From the NCBI GenBank assembly GCA_963752475.1, contig CAVVYR010000006.1, positions 736,001-800,000 of the forward strand: a stretch of DNA of 64,000 nucleotides, in the 5' to 3' direction. The notes beneath the pieces were generated by a model. The model saw only the letters and a list, made by a program, of their open reading frames with translations, was not told where the DNA came from and ran no database searches. Of this stretch, positions 22,447 through 30,427 are shown piece by piece. The position numbers and the translations under genes are program-made. Every line of letters starts with the position of its first letter. Within the stretch, counting starts at the first letter, position 1. This DNA is from an uncultured Chloroflexia bacterium. Lineage in GTDB: Bacteria > Chloroflexota > Limnocylindria > Limnocylindrales > CSP1-4.

Positions 22447-23412
22447 TCAACCTCCGGCGACGAGTTCCCGGAGGCGCGGTAGGCGCTCGATGGTCTCGTG
22501 GTCGAAGGGTGAGGGGATGTCCACGATGAGGTGGGTGAACCCTAGCTCGACATAGCGCTGCCACTGCTCAGCGACCTGCTCCTCGGTGCCAAAGAAGTCG
22601 TGCTCGGGGTCGATGATGTGGCGGCTGCCGTTGGCGTCGAGGCGAGCCTGCAGGGCACCTCGGGCTTCCTCGGGGTCATCTCGCAGCACGCAGAAGTGGA
22701 CCAGCGTGTGCTCGATCTCCAGCGGGTCGCGCCCGACGGCGTCGCAATGCCGGCGCAGCACTTCGGCCTTGTGGGCCACGGTTTCGAGGTCGCCGTTGAT
22801 GTTCCAGCCCCGGGCGTAGCGCGCGACCGTCCGCAGCGTCTTCTTCTCGCCGCCTCCACCGATCAGGATCGGCAGCGTGTCGACTCCACGGAAGGGCAGG
22901 GGGTGGTGCTCGAGCGCATCGAAGGCGTAGCGGCCACCAGGAGTCGACGTGACGGTCTCGCCTGCGAGCAGCGCACTCATGCCGGACACGGCCTCGTCGA
23001 GCCAGTCGAGGCGCTGCCCGAAGCCACTTCCGAAGTCCACGCCGGCAGCTGTGTGCTCGTACTCGAACCAGGCCCCGCCGATGCCAAGCCACGCGCGGCC
23101 CCCGCTGATGTGGTCGAGCGTGACCGCGGTCTTGGCTGTCAGCCCGGGGTTGCGGAAGGTGTTGGCACCGACCATCAGGCCGAGGTCGATGTGCTCGGTC
23201 GCGGCGGCCCAGGCAGCCAGCGTGGTCCAGCCCTCGTAGATCGGCTGGAGCGGGTCACCGACGATGGCGTGCATGTGGTCCCAGGTCCAGAGGGAGTCGA
23301 GATCTGCGCTGTCGGCGAGGCGGGCGGCGTCGAGCATCGAGGCCCACTCGGTCTGCTGGGGCCAGACAAGCGCTCCGACACGGATGGGGTAGCGGTCACG
23401 ATGTGTGGTCAT
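22447..23412 (-). CDS. LLM-class (luciferase-like, probably F420-dependent) oxidoreductase
   Basis: WTWDHM, EGWTTLAAWAAAT, TFRNPGLTAKTAVTLDHISGGRAWLGIGGAW, PILIGGGGEKKTL. Confidence 0.92.
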   Translation of the reverse strand: MTTHRDRYPIRVGALVWPQQTEWASMLDAARLADSADLDSLWTWDHMHAIVGDPLQPIYEGWTTLAAWAAATEHIDLGLMVGANTFRNPGLTAKTAVTLDHISGGRAWLGIGGAWFEYEHTAAGVDFGSGFGQRLDWLDEAVSGMSALLAGETVTSTPGGRYAFDALEHHPLPFRGVDTLPILIGGGGEKKTLRTVARYARGWNINGDLETVAHKAEVLRRHCDAVGRDPLEIEHTLVHFCVLRDDPEEARGALQARLDANGSRHIIDPEHDFFGTEEQVAEQWQRYVELGFTHLIVDIPSPFDHETIERLPRLRELVAGG

Positions 23413-23419
23413 GGGCCCG

Positions 23420-23431
23420 AGGCTATAGCAT
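23420..23431. promoter_or_regulatory. Back-to-back -10 hexamers for two divergent leaderless genes
   Basis: AGGCTA|TAGCAT: TAGCCT (-) lies 7 nt before ATG 23412 and TAGCAT (+) lies 6 nt before GTG 23438; the intergenic space is only 25 bp with no SD. Confidence 0.6.
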
Positions 23432-23437
23432 CGGTCA

Positions 23438-24121
23438 GTGCCTTGGCCACGTAACGCGAAGATCGCCTTCATCGGCTCACACGGGATTCGCAAGACGACC
23501 GCCGCTCTGGCGTTCGCGAGTGCCATCCAGCGTGCCGGCCGTTCGGTGGAGTTCGCCCGTGAGGTCGTTCGCGACAATCCCCTGGGCATCAACGAAGGCG
23601 CCACGGCCGAGGCACAGCTGTGGGTGCTGACCTCCCAGATCCGGCGAGAGCTGGAGCTGTCGCGCAAGGCCGAGTGTCTCGTCACCGACCGCGGCGTGAT
23701 GGACAACTTCGCCTACTACCTGCGCGCGGGTGGGGGTGAGGACCACTTCGACGTCGAGCCGATGGTGCGGAAATGGTCGCGGACGTATGACCTCGTGGTC
23801 CGCCTGACCCCCGACGTCGAGATCCGTGCTGATGGCGTGCGCTCCACCAGCGACCGGTTCCGCGATGAGATCGAGGCCATCCTCGATGCCCGGCTGCCGC
23901 GCCTGGTGCCGCGCGATCGACTCATCGTGGAGGCTGCATCCGGCATCACCGAGAACCACGACTGGTGGCCGCTCGCCGAGCAGCTCGCGTTGCGGCTGGG
24001 CGAGCCGCTGCTGGCACAGGGCGTCAGCCGTCCTCGCCCGCCACGGCAGCGACCCAGCCGGGTCGGACGCACCAAGTCGACCCACGACGACCAGCTGGCG
24101 CTCGACCTCGGGCGCTCGTAG
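23438..24121 (+). CDS. NadR/Ttd14-like AAA / nucleotide-kinase-fold P-loop protein with variant Walker A
   Basis: KIAFIGSHGIRKTT, EFAREV, LVTDRGVMDNFAY, YDLVV, ADGVR. Confidence 0.75.
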   Translation: MPWPRNAKIAFIGSHGIRKTTAALAFASAIQRAGRSVEFAREVVRDNPLGINEGATAEAQLWVLTSQIRRELELSRKAECLVTDRGVMDNFAYYLRAGGGEDHFDVEPMVRKWSRTYDLVVRLTPDVEIRADGVRSTSDRFRDEIEAILDARLPRLVPRDRLIVEAASGITENHDWWPLAEQLALRLGEPLLAQGVSRPRPPRQRPSRVGRTKSTHDDQLALDLGRS

Positions 24122-24182
24122 GCCGGGCCAGGCGCGGCGCCGCCCACGGCCCTATCCGGGCTGGGCGGTTACAGTCTTGGAG

Positions 24183-25673
24183 ATGTCGTCTTCCTTCCAG
24201 TCCTCGTTCTCCGATCCCGCTCGGCCGGGCCCGCTCGACAGTGAGGTCGCCGTCGGGTTGCTCAAGCGTGGTCAGGCGTTGGCTGAGCAGGGTGACTGGG
24301 ACCTGGCTGCCGGCACCTTCTCGCGCGTCGTGGGCGCGGGTGACCCTGCACTCCACACGGCGGCGCTCATCGGCCTGGCGGAGTGTCGATACCGCCTCGA
24401 CCAGGAGCCGGAGGCGCTGCAGGCGCTGATCACGGCCACGCAGGCACCGGAGAACGAGCTCACCTGGCGTGCCTGGAAGGAGCTGGCCTCGATGCGCGTT
24501 CGCCTCGATGACATCCCAGGCGCCGCTCGTGCCTATCGGGAGGCCGGTCGCAGGGCGCCGGCATCGGAGCAGGCGGCGATCCAGTCACGCATCGGCTGGC
24601 TGAGCAAGGAGATGGGTGATGAGGGTGGCGCGGAGCGAGCCTTCAGCCGCGCACGACCAGAGGGTGCGACACGACCGCGGATCACCTACGGCGTCCTCGC
24701 GATCACGGTCGTGATCAGTCTGCTCACGCTCGTGGGCGGTGCGGTGGAGCTCGAGGACTTGCTGCTGCTGGACAAGAGCGCCATCTACCTCGACAACGAG
24801 TACTGGCGTCTGCTCACCGTGGCCCTGGTGCACGGCTCGATCATCCACCTGCTCTTCAACATGTACGCGCTCTGGATCATCGGACCCATCGTGGAATCGC
24901 TCTATGGACCCTGGCGCTTCCTCTCGATCTACCTCATCTGCATCGCGGCCGGCTCGGTCGCCAGCTATGCCACCTCGTTCAACCCGGCGGTCGGGGCCAG
25001 CGGCGGCGTCTTCGGACTCTTCGGCGTATTGCTCGTGGCCGATCGGATACACAAACCGGCGCTGACGCGGAACGCTCGCAACCTCACGACGCAGATCGGC
25101 ATGCTCATCGGCATCAACCTGCTCATCGGCTTCACCGTCCCGGGCATCGACAACGCCGCCCACATCGGTGGCCTGCTGGCGGGCGCGGTGTTGGGTTTCC
25201 TGGTGGTGCCGACGGGTGCGACGCTCGGCTCCTTCTGGTCCCGTCCCTCGAACGACCCGGTGTCGCCGACCGGCAAGCCGCCGGACCCGGCGGTACGAAC
25301 GCGTCCGCTACGTCTCGTAGGCCTCGCCGGACTCGTGAGCGTGATCGTCGCGCTCGCCTTCATCGGCCCCATCACCTACGACGCTCGCATCTTCCAGCTG
25401 TTCGCCGGCCAGCCAGTGATGACCGCGGAAGCGATCGGCTACGCGGTAGCCGTCGCGTCGGGCCAGGCGCGCATGCTCCGGGGACAGGCTCGGCTCCATC
25501 TCGGATCGCCTCAACGGCAGGTCGACGATGACCGCACGCCGCGGTTCGGCGTCGGGGCCCTCGTCGCGAAGGAGCAGACCCAGCCACGCGGCCACGCTGC
25601 CCCGGAGCTTGAGCCGACCATCGACCGGTCCGCGCTCGATGAGCTCAGACCGGCGGAACCCGTAGCAGCCTGA
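24183..25673 (+). CDS. Rhomboid intramembrane serine protease with N-terminal TPR-like domain
   Basis: YWRLLT, HGSIIHLLFNMYAL, catalytic GASGG, AHIGG; N-terminal helical repeats (ALIGLAECRYRLD, AARAYREA). The 3' end is uncertain because of an antisense overlap. Confidence 0.9.
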   Translation: MSSSFQSSFSDPARPGPLDSEVAVGLLKRGQALAEQGDWDLAAGTFSRVVGAGDPALHTAALIGLAECRYRLDQEPEALQALITATQAPENELTWRAWKELASMRVRLDDIPGAARAYREAGRRAPASEQAAIQSRIGWLSKEMGDEGGAERAFSRARPEGATRPRITYGVLAITVVISLLTLVGGAVELEDLLLLDKSAIYLDNEYWRLLTVALVHGSIIHLLFNMYALWIIGPIVESLYGPWRFLSIYLICIAAGSVASYATSFNPAVGASGGVFGLFGVLLVADRIHKPALTRNARNLTTQIGMLIGINLLIGFTVPGIDNAAHIGGLLAGAVLGFLVVPTGATLGSFWSRPSNDPVSPTGKPPDPAVRTRPLRLVGLAGLVSVIVALAFIGPITYDARIFQLFAGQPVMTAEAIGYAVAVASGQARMLRGQARLHLGSPQRQVDDDRTPRFGVGALVAKEQTQPRGHAAPELEPTIDRSALDELRPAEPVAA

Positions 25674-26306
25674 CGCGGCTGTCGTGGCGTGTCCCTGCTC
25701 GGCGGGGTGGTAGCGATGCAGGTCTGTCGAGTGCAGGCCCTCGATCGTGGCGATCGCGACCGATGGGTCCTGGAGCGCCTCGACCAGTGGCGTGACGATA
25801 TCGCCGGCGAGCGTGCGCTCCGGCTCGAGGACGACGATGATCTCGCCGCTGCTCCTACGGAGTGCAGCCTGGAGCGCATCTCCGGCTCCGAATGCCACAG
25901 CCGTGCCGATGACCTCGTCTGCCGGTCCTTCCACGGTTTCCTGTGGCCCTCTCAGCGCCAGGACCTGCGTGCCCGCGGGAGTCGTGTCGGCGAGGGCCCG
26001 GAGCGTGGTGTCTGGCGACACGCCGGCCTCGGCGACGACGATCACCGAAGCCGGTGCCGTGGCCGGCTCGTCGAGCTGCGACGGAACCGATTCGACGGCG
26101 CCATGGAGTGTGCGCTCACCCTCGGTGATGTCGGCTGGTCGAGCGGGCTCCAGGTCGTAGCCGGCGCCGAAGTCGATGACCTTCCAGCCAGCCGTCTCGA
26201 TGCGGGCCTTGAGCTCGTCGGCGGTGTGATAGTCCCGCTGGGCGCGGGCGGTGGCTCGCTCGTCGGCGAGCGCGATGATGTCGTCGGGTACTGATGGGGC
26301 GTTCAC
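25308..26306 (-). CDS. Fusion of a CysRS C-terminal-like helical domain and a degenerate GT2-like domain
   Basis: N-terminal ERATARAQRDYHTADELKARIETAGWKVID, then ASVIVVA, FGAGDALQAALRRSSGEIIVVL, LVEALQDPSVAI, GCYGFRR. Confidence 0.7.
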   Translation of the reverse strand: MNAPSVPDDIIALADERATARAQRDYHTADELKARIETAGWKVIDFGAGYDLEPARPADITEGERTLHGAVESVPSQLDEPATAPASVIVVAEAGVSPDTTLRALADTTPAGTQVLALRGPQETVEGPADEVIGTAVAFGAGDALQAALRRSSGEIIVVLEPERTLAGDIVTPLVEALQDPSVAIATIEGLHSTDLHRYHPAEQGHATTAASGCYGFRRSELIERGPVDGRLKLRGSVAAWLGLLLRDEGPDAEPRRAVIVDLPLRRSEMEPSLSPEHARLARRDGYRVADRFRGHHWLAGEQLEDASVVGDGADEGERDDHAHESGEAYET

Positions 26307-26350
26307 CGTCCGAGCATATCTCCTCGTCTGACAGGTACCCTTCCGCGGGC

Positions 26351-27745
26351 ATGGAACGTAGCGTCTGGACCGTCACCGTAGCCACGTTCGTGCTGCAATT
26401 CGCCACCGGCCTGACCGGCGCGCTGCTGGTCTTCCTGCTCGCGGACTTCCCCGCGTACGGTGGGCCCGAGGTCGGAGCCTATGCCATCGGGGTCTTCACG
26501 GCGCTCTTCTACGCGGCCGAGCTCGTGCTCTCGCCGCCGTTCGGCTTGCTCTCGGACCGGGTGGGACATCACCGGGTGATGCAGATCGGCCCGGTCTTCG
26601 GGCTCGTTGCGGTCGTGCTCACGGCACTGACGGCGGAGATCCAGGCCGGGGCCATCACCATCGCCATCCCCATCCTCGTGGGCAGCCTGGCGGTGCTTGG
26701 CCTCACGCGTCTGCTGGAGGGCGCATCGACCGCCGCGAGCGTGCCCTCCGTCCTCGGCTTCATCGCGGCGGCCACCAGCGGCGACGAGGCGTTGCGTGGC
26801 AAGGCCTCGGCCCGCTTCGAGGTAGCCACCGTCGGCGGCCTGGCCTTCGGCTTCGCCACCGCCGGGCCCGTGTGGCAGGTCTTCGGCCCCGTCGGCTTCC
26901 TGGCCAACGGCATCATCTACGTGGCGGCGTATGCGCTCTACCGCTGGTTCGTGCCCGACGTCGCGAGGGGGACGCTCGATCCGCCCGTGGCGGCGGTCCG
27001 GAGCGGCTGGCGTCGCTATCGCCGGCTGCTGCGTCGTTCGCGCGTGTGGCTACTGGCGCCAACCTGGATCGCACTCAACGCTGGGCTGGGCTTGTACACC
27101 TCGCAGACGCTCTTCCAGTTGGTGCGCAACCCCGATGAGCGCTTCGCCGACCAGTGGCTCGTGGGCGGCTTCGATCCGATCCACGTGACCATCGCCTTCG
27201 TCATCGGTGGCGCGGTCTTCCTTGGCGGCGTCCTCTACTGGGGCAGCCGGTTCTCCGTCATGCGGCGGACGACGATCATCTTCTACGGCGTCCTCGGCGG
27301 CGTCGCCTTCGTCGTCTCGGCGCTGCTGCTGAACCACACCGGCGACGACACGGCGGTGATGCGCCTGCCGTGGCTGGCGGGGCTCGGCATCGGCCTCTTC
27401 ATCCTGGCCGGGGCGACGCCGGCGGCGCTGGGACTACTTGCCGACATGTCCGAGTCGTTCCCCGCGGACCGGGGCGCGATCATGGGTCTCTACAGCGTGT
27501 TCCTGGCCCTCGGGCAGATCGCGGGTGCGATCATCGGAGCGGTAGCGGCAGAGGCTTGGGCCTTCGACGGCATCCTGATGGCGACGCTCCTGCTGCAGGG
27601 CATCGCACTGCTGCCGCTGGCGCGGCTCCGACGCTTCGAGTTCGAGTTCCAGGCCACACCGGCGAGCGGGCCGGACCCCGAAGCCGCGGTCGTCGACCTC
27701 TCTGTCACACGGGCCTACCGAACCGACCCGGACGAGGATGGCTAG
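26351..27745 (+). CDS. MFS transporter
   Basis: Motif A FGLLSDRVGHHRV, about 12 hydrophobic segments, RGAIMGLYS. Confidence 0.92.
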   Translation: MERSVWTVTVATFVLQFATGLTGALLVFLLADFPAYGGPEVGAYAIGVFTALFYAAELVLSPPFGLLSDRVGHHRVMQIGPVFGLVAVVLTALTAEIQAGAITIAIPILVGSLAVLGLTRLLEGASTAASVPSVLGFIAAATSGDEALRGKASARFEVATVGGLAFGFATAGPVWQVFGPVGFLANGIIYVAAYALYRWFVPDVARGTLDPPVAAVRSGWRRYRRLLRRSRVWLLAPTWIALNAGLGLYTSQTLFQLVRNPDERFADQWLVGGFDPIHVTIAFVIGGAVFLGGVLYWGSRFSVMRRTTIIFYGVLGGVAFVVSALLLNHTGDDTAVMRLPWLAGLGIGLFILAGATPAALGLLADMSESFPADRGAIMGLYSVFLALGQIAGAIIGAVAAEAWAFDGILMATLLLQGIALLPLARLRRFEFEFQATPASGPDPEAAVVDLSVTRAYRTDPDEDG

Positions 27746-27781
27746 GCCGGATGCGCTCGAGAGGGGAGGTCGGCGGACGAC

Positions 27782-29416
27782 CTATTCGTCGGTAGCGTCG
27801 AGCCGCTCGCGCTCGAAGATGATGAGGTTCTGGCGCGGGTTCTTGAAGAGCTTGAGGTCCTCTTCGCGGACGACGTAGCCATCTGCCTGCTCGAGCAGAT
27901 CGATGAACCGCCTCTGGTCCTTGCAGGCGTTGGTCTTGGCCTTGCTGCCACGGCAGCCCTTGCCCTCGACGTCGAGCTGGCCGATGTCGATGATCGAAGC
28001 CAGTGGCGTCTCGAAGAGACCGACGTACTCGTTCTCGTCGATGTTGTTGAAGACGCCGGTCTTGCCCTCCACGACACCGACGCGCGTAGCGTCGACGTCC
28101 TCGAAGGTGGCGGTGATGGGCGCATCGCCTGCCGGCTTGACCAGCTTCTTGCCCTTGCGCAGCTTGGACACCACCCAGGTCGTGCCGGTCAGCGGTGGCT
28201 GCGGCTCCAGTACCGCGCGGCTGACGCCATTGACGTCGGTGAGGGTCAGCTCCGAACCGCGAAGTGAGTAGGACGAGGTGTCTTCGAGGGCTTCGATGAA
28301 GCCGGTCTCGATGTCGCCGAGCCGAAGGCCGGTGCCGGTCTGACCTTCGCAGTTGTCCTCGAACGTGCCCACGAACTCGGGTTTGCCGATGGCCACGGCC
28401 AGGCCCGATCGGGTCGTCGAGCCGCGGAAGGGACGGCAGATGCTGCGACCCTCGTAGCGTCCGCCGATGAACTGCACCAGCGACGTCGACAGCTCGTTGC
28501 CCTGCCCGTAGGTCTGCTTACCGCTCTTGTCGAAGATGACCGTCGGAGTCCAGGTCTTGCCGGCGACATCGAGCTCGGGTTCCAGCGCCAAGCGCGTATT
28601 GCCCTCGGCGTCCTCGAGCGCGAGGCCAGCGGGGCGTACCTGGAAGTCGCTGATGTCGCCGAGGGTCACGAGGAACTTCTCGGCTTGCGTGCGCGCACCA
28701 TCGGTGCAGGTGCTCATGAGCCGATAGGCCACGTCGGTGATGTCCATACGGCCTTCGTTGGTCGCGTACTTGCCCAGGAAGGAGCCGCAGCCGGTGCTGC
28801 CTACCACGGAGCCGCCGGTAAGGAACTCCATCCACGGATTGAGCCCCGCGATGACCGGTTCGACCGAAGCATCCGCGCCTCCGATGCGGGCGAGGCTCCA
28901 GCGCGAGGCCGTGGGATCGTTGTCGACCTGGGCACGGGTGAAGACCATCAGCCGTTCGCCGATGGCATCCCGGACCACCAGCAGCGAGTCGGCGCGGGCG
29001 ATGGACTCGATGCGCTCGAGGTTGGCGTAGAACTGCTCATCGAAGGCGCGTGAGGCGGGGTCGCAATCGCGCCACTGCACCTGCCCCGGGTCGTTGGGGT
29101 CGACCGACACGAAGAGCAGGTCATTGGAGTTGGAGTAGATCGAGTCGTAGGTGCTGCAGGCGCCTTCGCCCGATGCCGCCCCGGAGAACAGCAGCATCGT
29201 CGCGCCCACACCGGCTGGAACGTCCTCGAGGATGCCGTCGGCGTCCGCCTGGGTCAGCAATTGCCACTCGGCGCGGATATCCGCAGGTGTGATGGTGTCA
29301 CGCTGGGCGGCCGCGGAGGCCGGAAGCAGCGCGCTCGCGGCGAGCAGCACCATCAAGATCGTCGTCAGTGGACGCGACGATATGGAGGGGATGGCAGGCG
29401 TGTGACGACGACTCAT
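27782..29416 (-). CDS. Secreted protein with about four META (HslJ-like) domains
   Basis: Signal peptide ending AAAQ; repeated W..G.xxC..(Y/F)...C...F...L pattern (GEGACSTY, GSTGCGSF, GRSICRPF). Confidence 0.75.
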   Translation of the reverse strand: MSRRHTPAIPSISSRPLTTILMVLLAASALLPASAAAQRDTITPADIRAEWQLLTQADADGILEDVPAGVGATMLLFSGAASGEGACSTYDSIYSNSNDLLFVSVDPNDPGQVQWRDCDPASRAFDEQFYANLERIESIARADSLLVVRDAIGERLMVFTRAQVDNDPTASRWSLARIGGADASVEPVIAGLNPWMEFLTGGSVVGSTGCGSFLGKYATNEGRMDITDVAYRLMSTCTDGARTQAEKFLVTLGDISDFQVRPAGLALEDAEGNTRLALEPELDVAGKTWTPTVIFDKSGKQTYGQGNELSTSLVQFIGGRYEGRSICRPFRGSTTRSGLAVAIGKPEFVGTFEDNCEGQTGTGLRLGDIETGFIEALEDTSSYSLRGSELTLTDVNGVSRAVLEPQPPLTGTTWVVSKLRKGKKLVKPAGDAPITATFEDVDATRVGVVEGKTGVFNNIDENEYVGLFETPLASIIDIGQLDVEGKGCRGSKAKTNACKDQRRFIDLLEQADGYVVREEDLKLFKNPRQNLIIFERERLDATDE

Positions 29417-29618
29417 ACGACCTCGGTTGCGTGGCTGCGCCGGCGATGGTCTTTCAGCCGTCGGCGCGCTGGCGGCGTTTGGCCTGACAGCCTCCCACAT
29501 CTCGTGAGAATGCGGCGCAGGTGCTTGGCCGGCCTCTGTGGTTCGACTCCGTGCCGACATGGGACCGGAGGGTCACGTTCGCCGCGTCTTGCGGAGATTT
29601 GCTACAGTGAAGGACCTC

Positions 29619-29693
29619 GGGCCGCTAGCTCAACGGTAGAGCAAGTGACTCTTAATCACTAGGTTGAAGGTTCGAATCCTTCGCGGCTCACCA
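29619..29693 (+). tRNA. tRNA-Lys (anticodon CTT)
   Basis: Acceptor GGGCCGC/GCGGCTC, D-arm GCTCAACGGTAGAGC, anticodon arm AGTGA-CTCTTAA-TCACT, T-arm GAAGGTTCGAATCCTTC, encoded CCA. Confidence 0.97.
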
Positions 29694-29706
29694 TCTCGCC
29701 AACAAC

Positions 29707-29733
29707 GACCCCTCCGGGCTCTCCGGAGGGGTC
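29707..29733 (+). terminator. Stem-loop after the tRNA
   Basis: GACCCCTCCGG-GCTCT-CCGGAGGGGTC. Confidence 0.65.
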
Positions 29734-29847
29734 CAGTGTCGTCTGGGCGTTGACGCTGCGCACCCACGCGAAGGTACTAGGCGTCACCCACCGTGTCGCA
29801 CAAGCGTCCTTCTCGCACCAGGGCCGCCACGGTGTCGACACGAGGGA

Positions 29848-29947
29848 ATAGAAGAACCCCCGGACCGAAGGGAGTCGGCCCGGGGGTTCAAAGCTGAGGC
29901 GAACGGTTCCGGCGGAGGAGGTGGAGGAAGACCGACCCCGCTCGCTC
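29848..29947 (-). ncRNA. Candidate 3'-UTR structured RNA: two hairpins with C/U-rich (CCUCC-type) loops; the second is terminator-like
   Basis: Minus strand: CGAGCGG..CGGU[CUUCCUCCACCUCCUCC]GCCG..CCGUUCG, then GAACCCCCGGGCCGA[CUCCCU]UCGGUCCGGGGGUUC-UUCUAUU. Confidence 0.45.
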
Positions 29948-29968
29948 TCGAATGTGGTTGGGGCCTTC

Positions 29969-30244
29969 CTAGGCCGAGGGCGCCTCCATGATCATGCGAC
30001 GCGTGTGGCCGAGGGCCGTGACGCGGGCGAGGATGGCGGAGAGGCCGCTCTTCTCCTCGGCACGGCTGGAGCACTCGAGGACGATCGCATCGCCGTCCGC
30101 GATGGTGATCATGTGCCTGCCGCAGAGGCAGAAGGGGGCCTCGCGCTCAGCGTTCTCGATGAGTTCGAGGGCACGCTCGTTCTCGCGCTCGTTGATGAAG
30201 GGCGCCGGCTGTGCGGCGATCCCGGGCACCTGTGTGTGGGTCAT
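29969..30244 (-). CDS. Small (91 aa) hypothetical protein with CxC..H..C..H putative metal ligands
   Basis: GGGAGG SD before ATG 30244; PFCLCGRHM...LECSS...GHTRR; has its own sigma70-like promoter upstream. Confidence 0.7.
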   Translation of the reverse strand: MTHTQVPGIAAQPAPFINERENERALELIENAEREAPFCLCGRHMITIADGDAIVLECSSRAEEKSGLSAILARVTALGHTRRMIMEAPSA

Positions 30245-30312
30245 GGCTGCAACCTCCCGGTTGACTGACGAGGTTTGGGTCGTGTTCAGCGGCCCGAGCA
30301 CGGCTAGTGTTT

Positions 30313-30419
30313 CGAACCGGTCCGTATCGTACACCAGGTCGACAGACATTGCAATACGGTCCGTCTCGTTAGTTTGGGTTGCAGTCTGGTTGCAATCGAG
30401 ACGCATCGTCTCGTATACT
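30313..30419. promoter_or_regulatory. Divergent sigma70-type promoters with three palindromic operators
   Basis: Minus promoter TTGCAA(30354-30349)-17-TACGAT(30331-30326); plus promoter TTGCAA(30390)-18-TATACT(30414). Operators CGAACCG-N3-CGTATCG (30313), CAATACG-N3-CGTCTCG (30352) and perfect CGAGACG-N3-CGTCTCG (30397). Confidence 0.8.
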
Positions 30420-30427
30420 GTCGCCTC

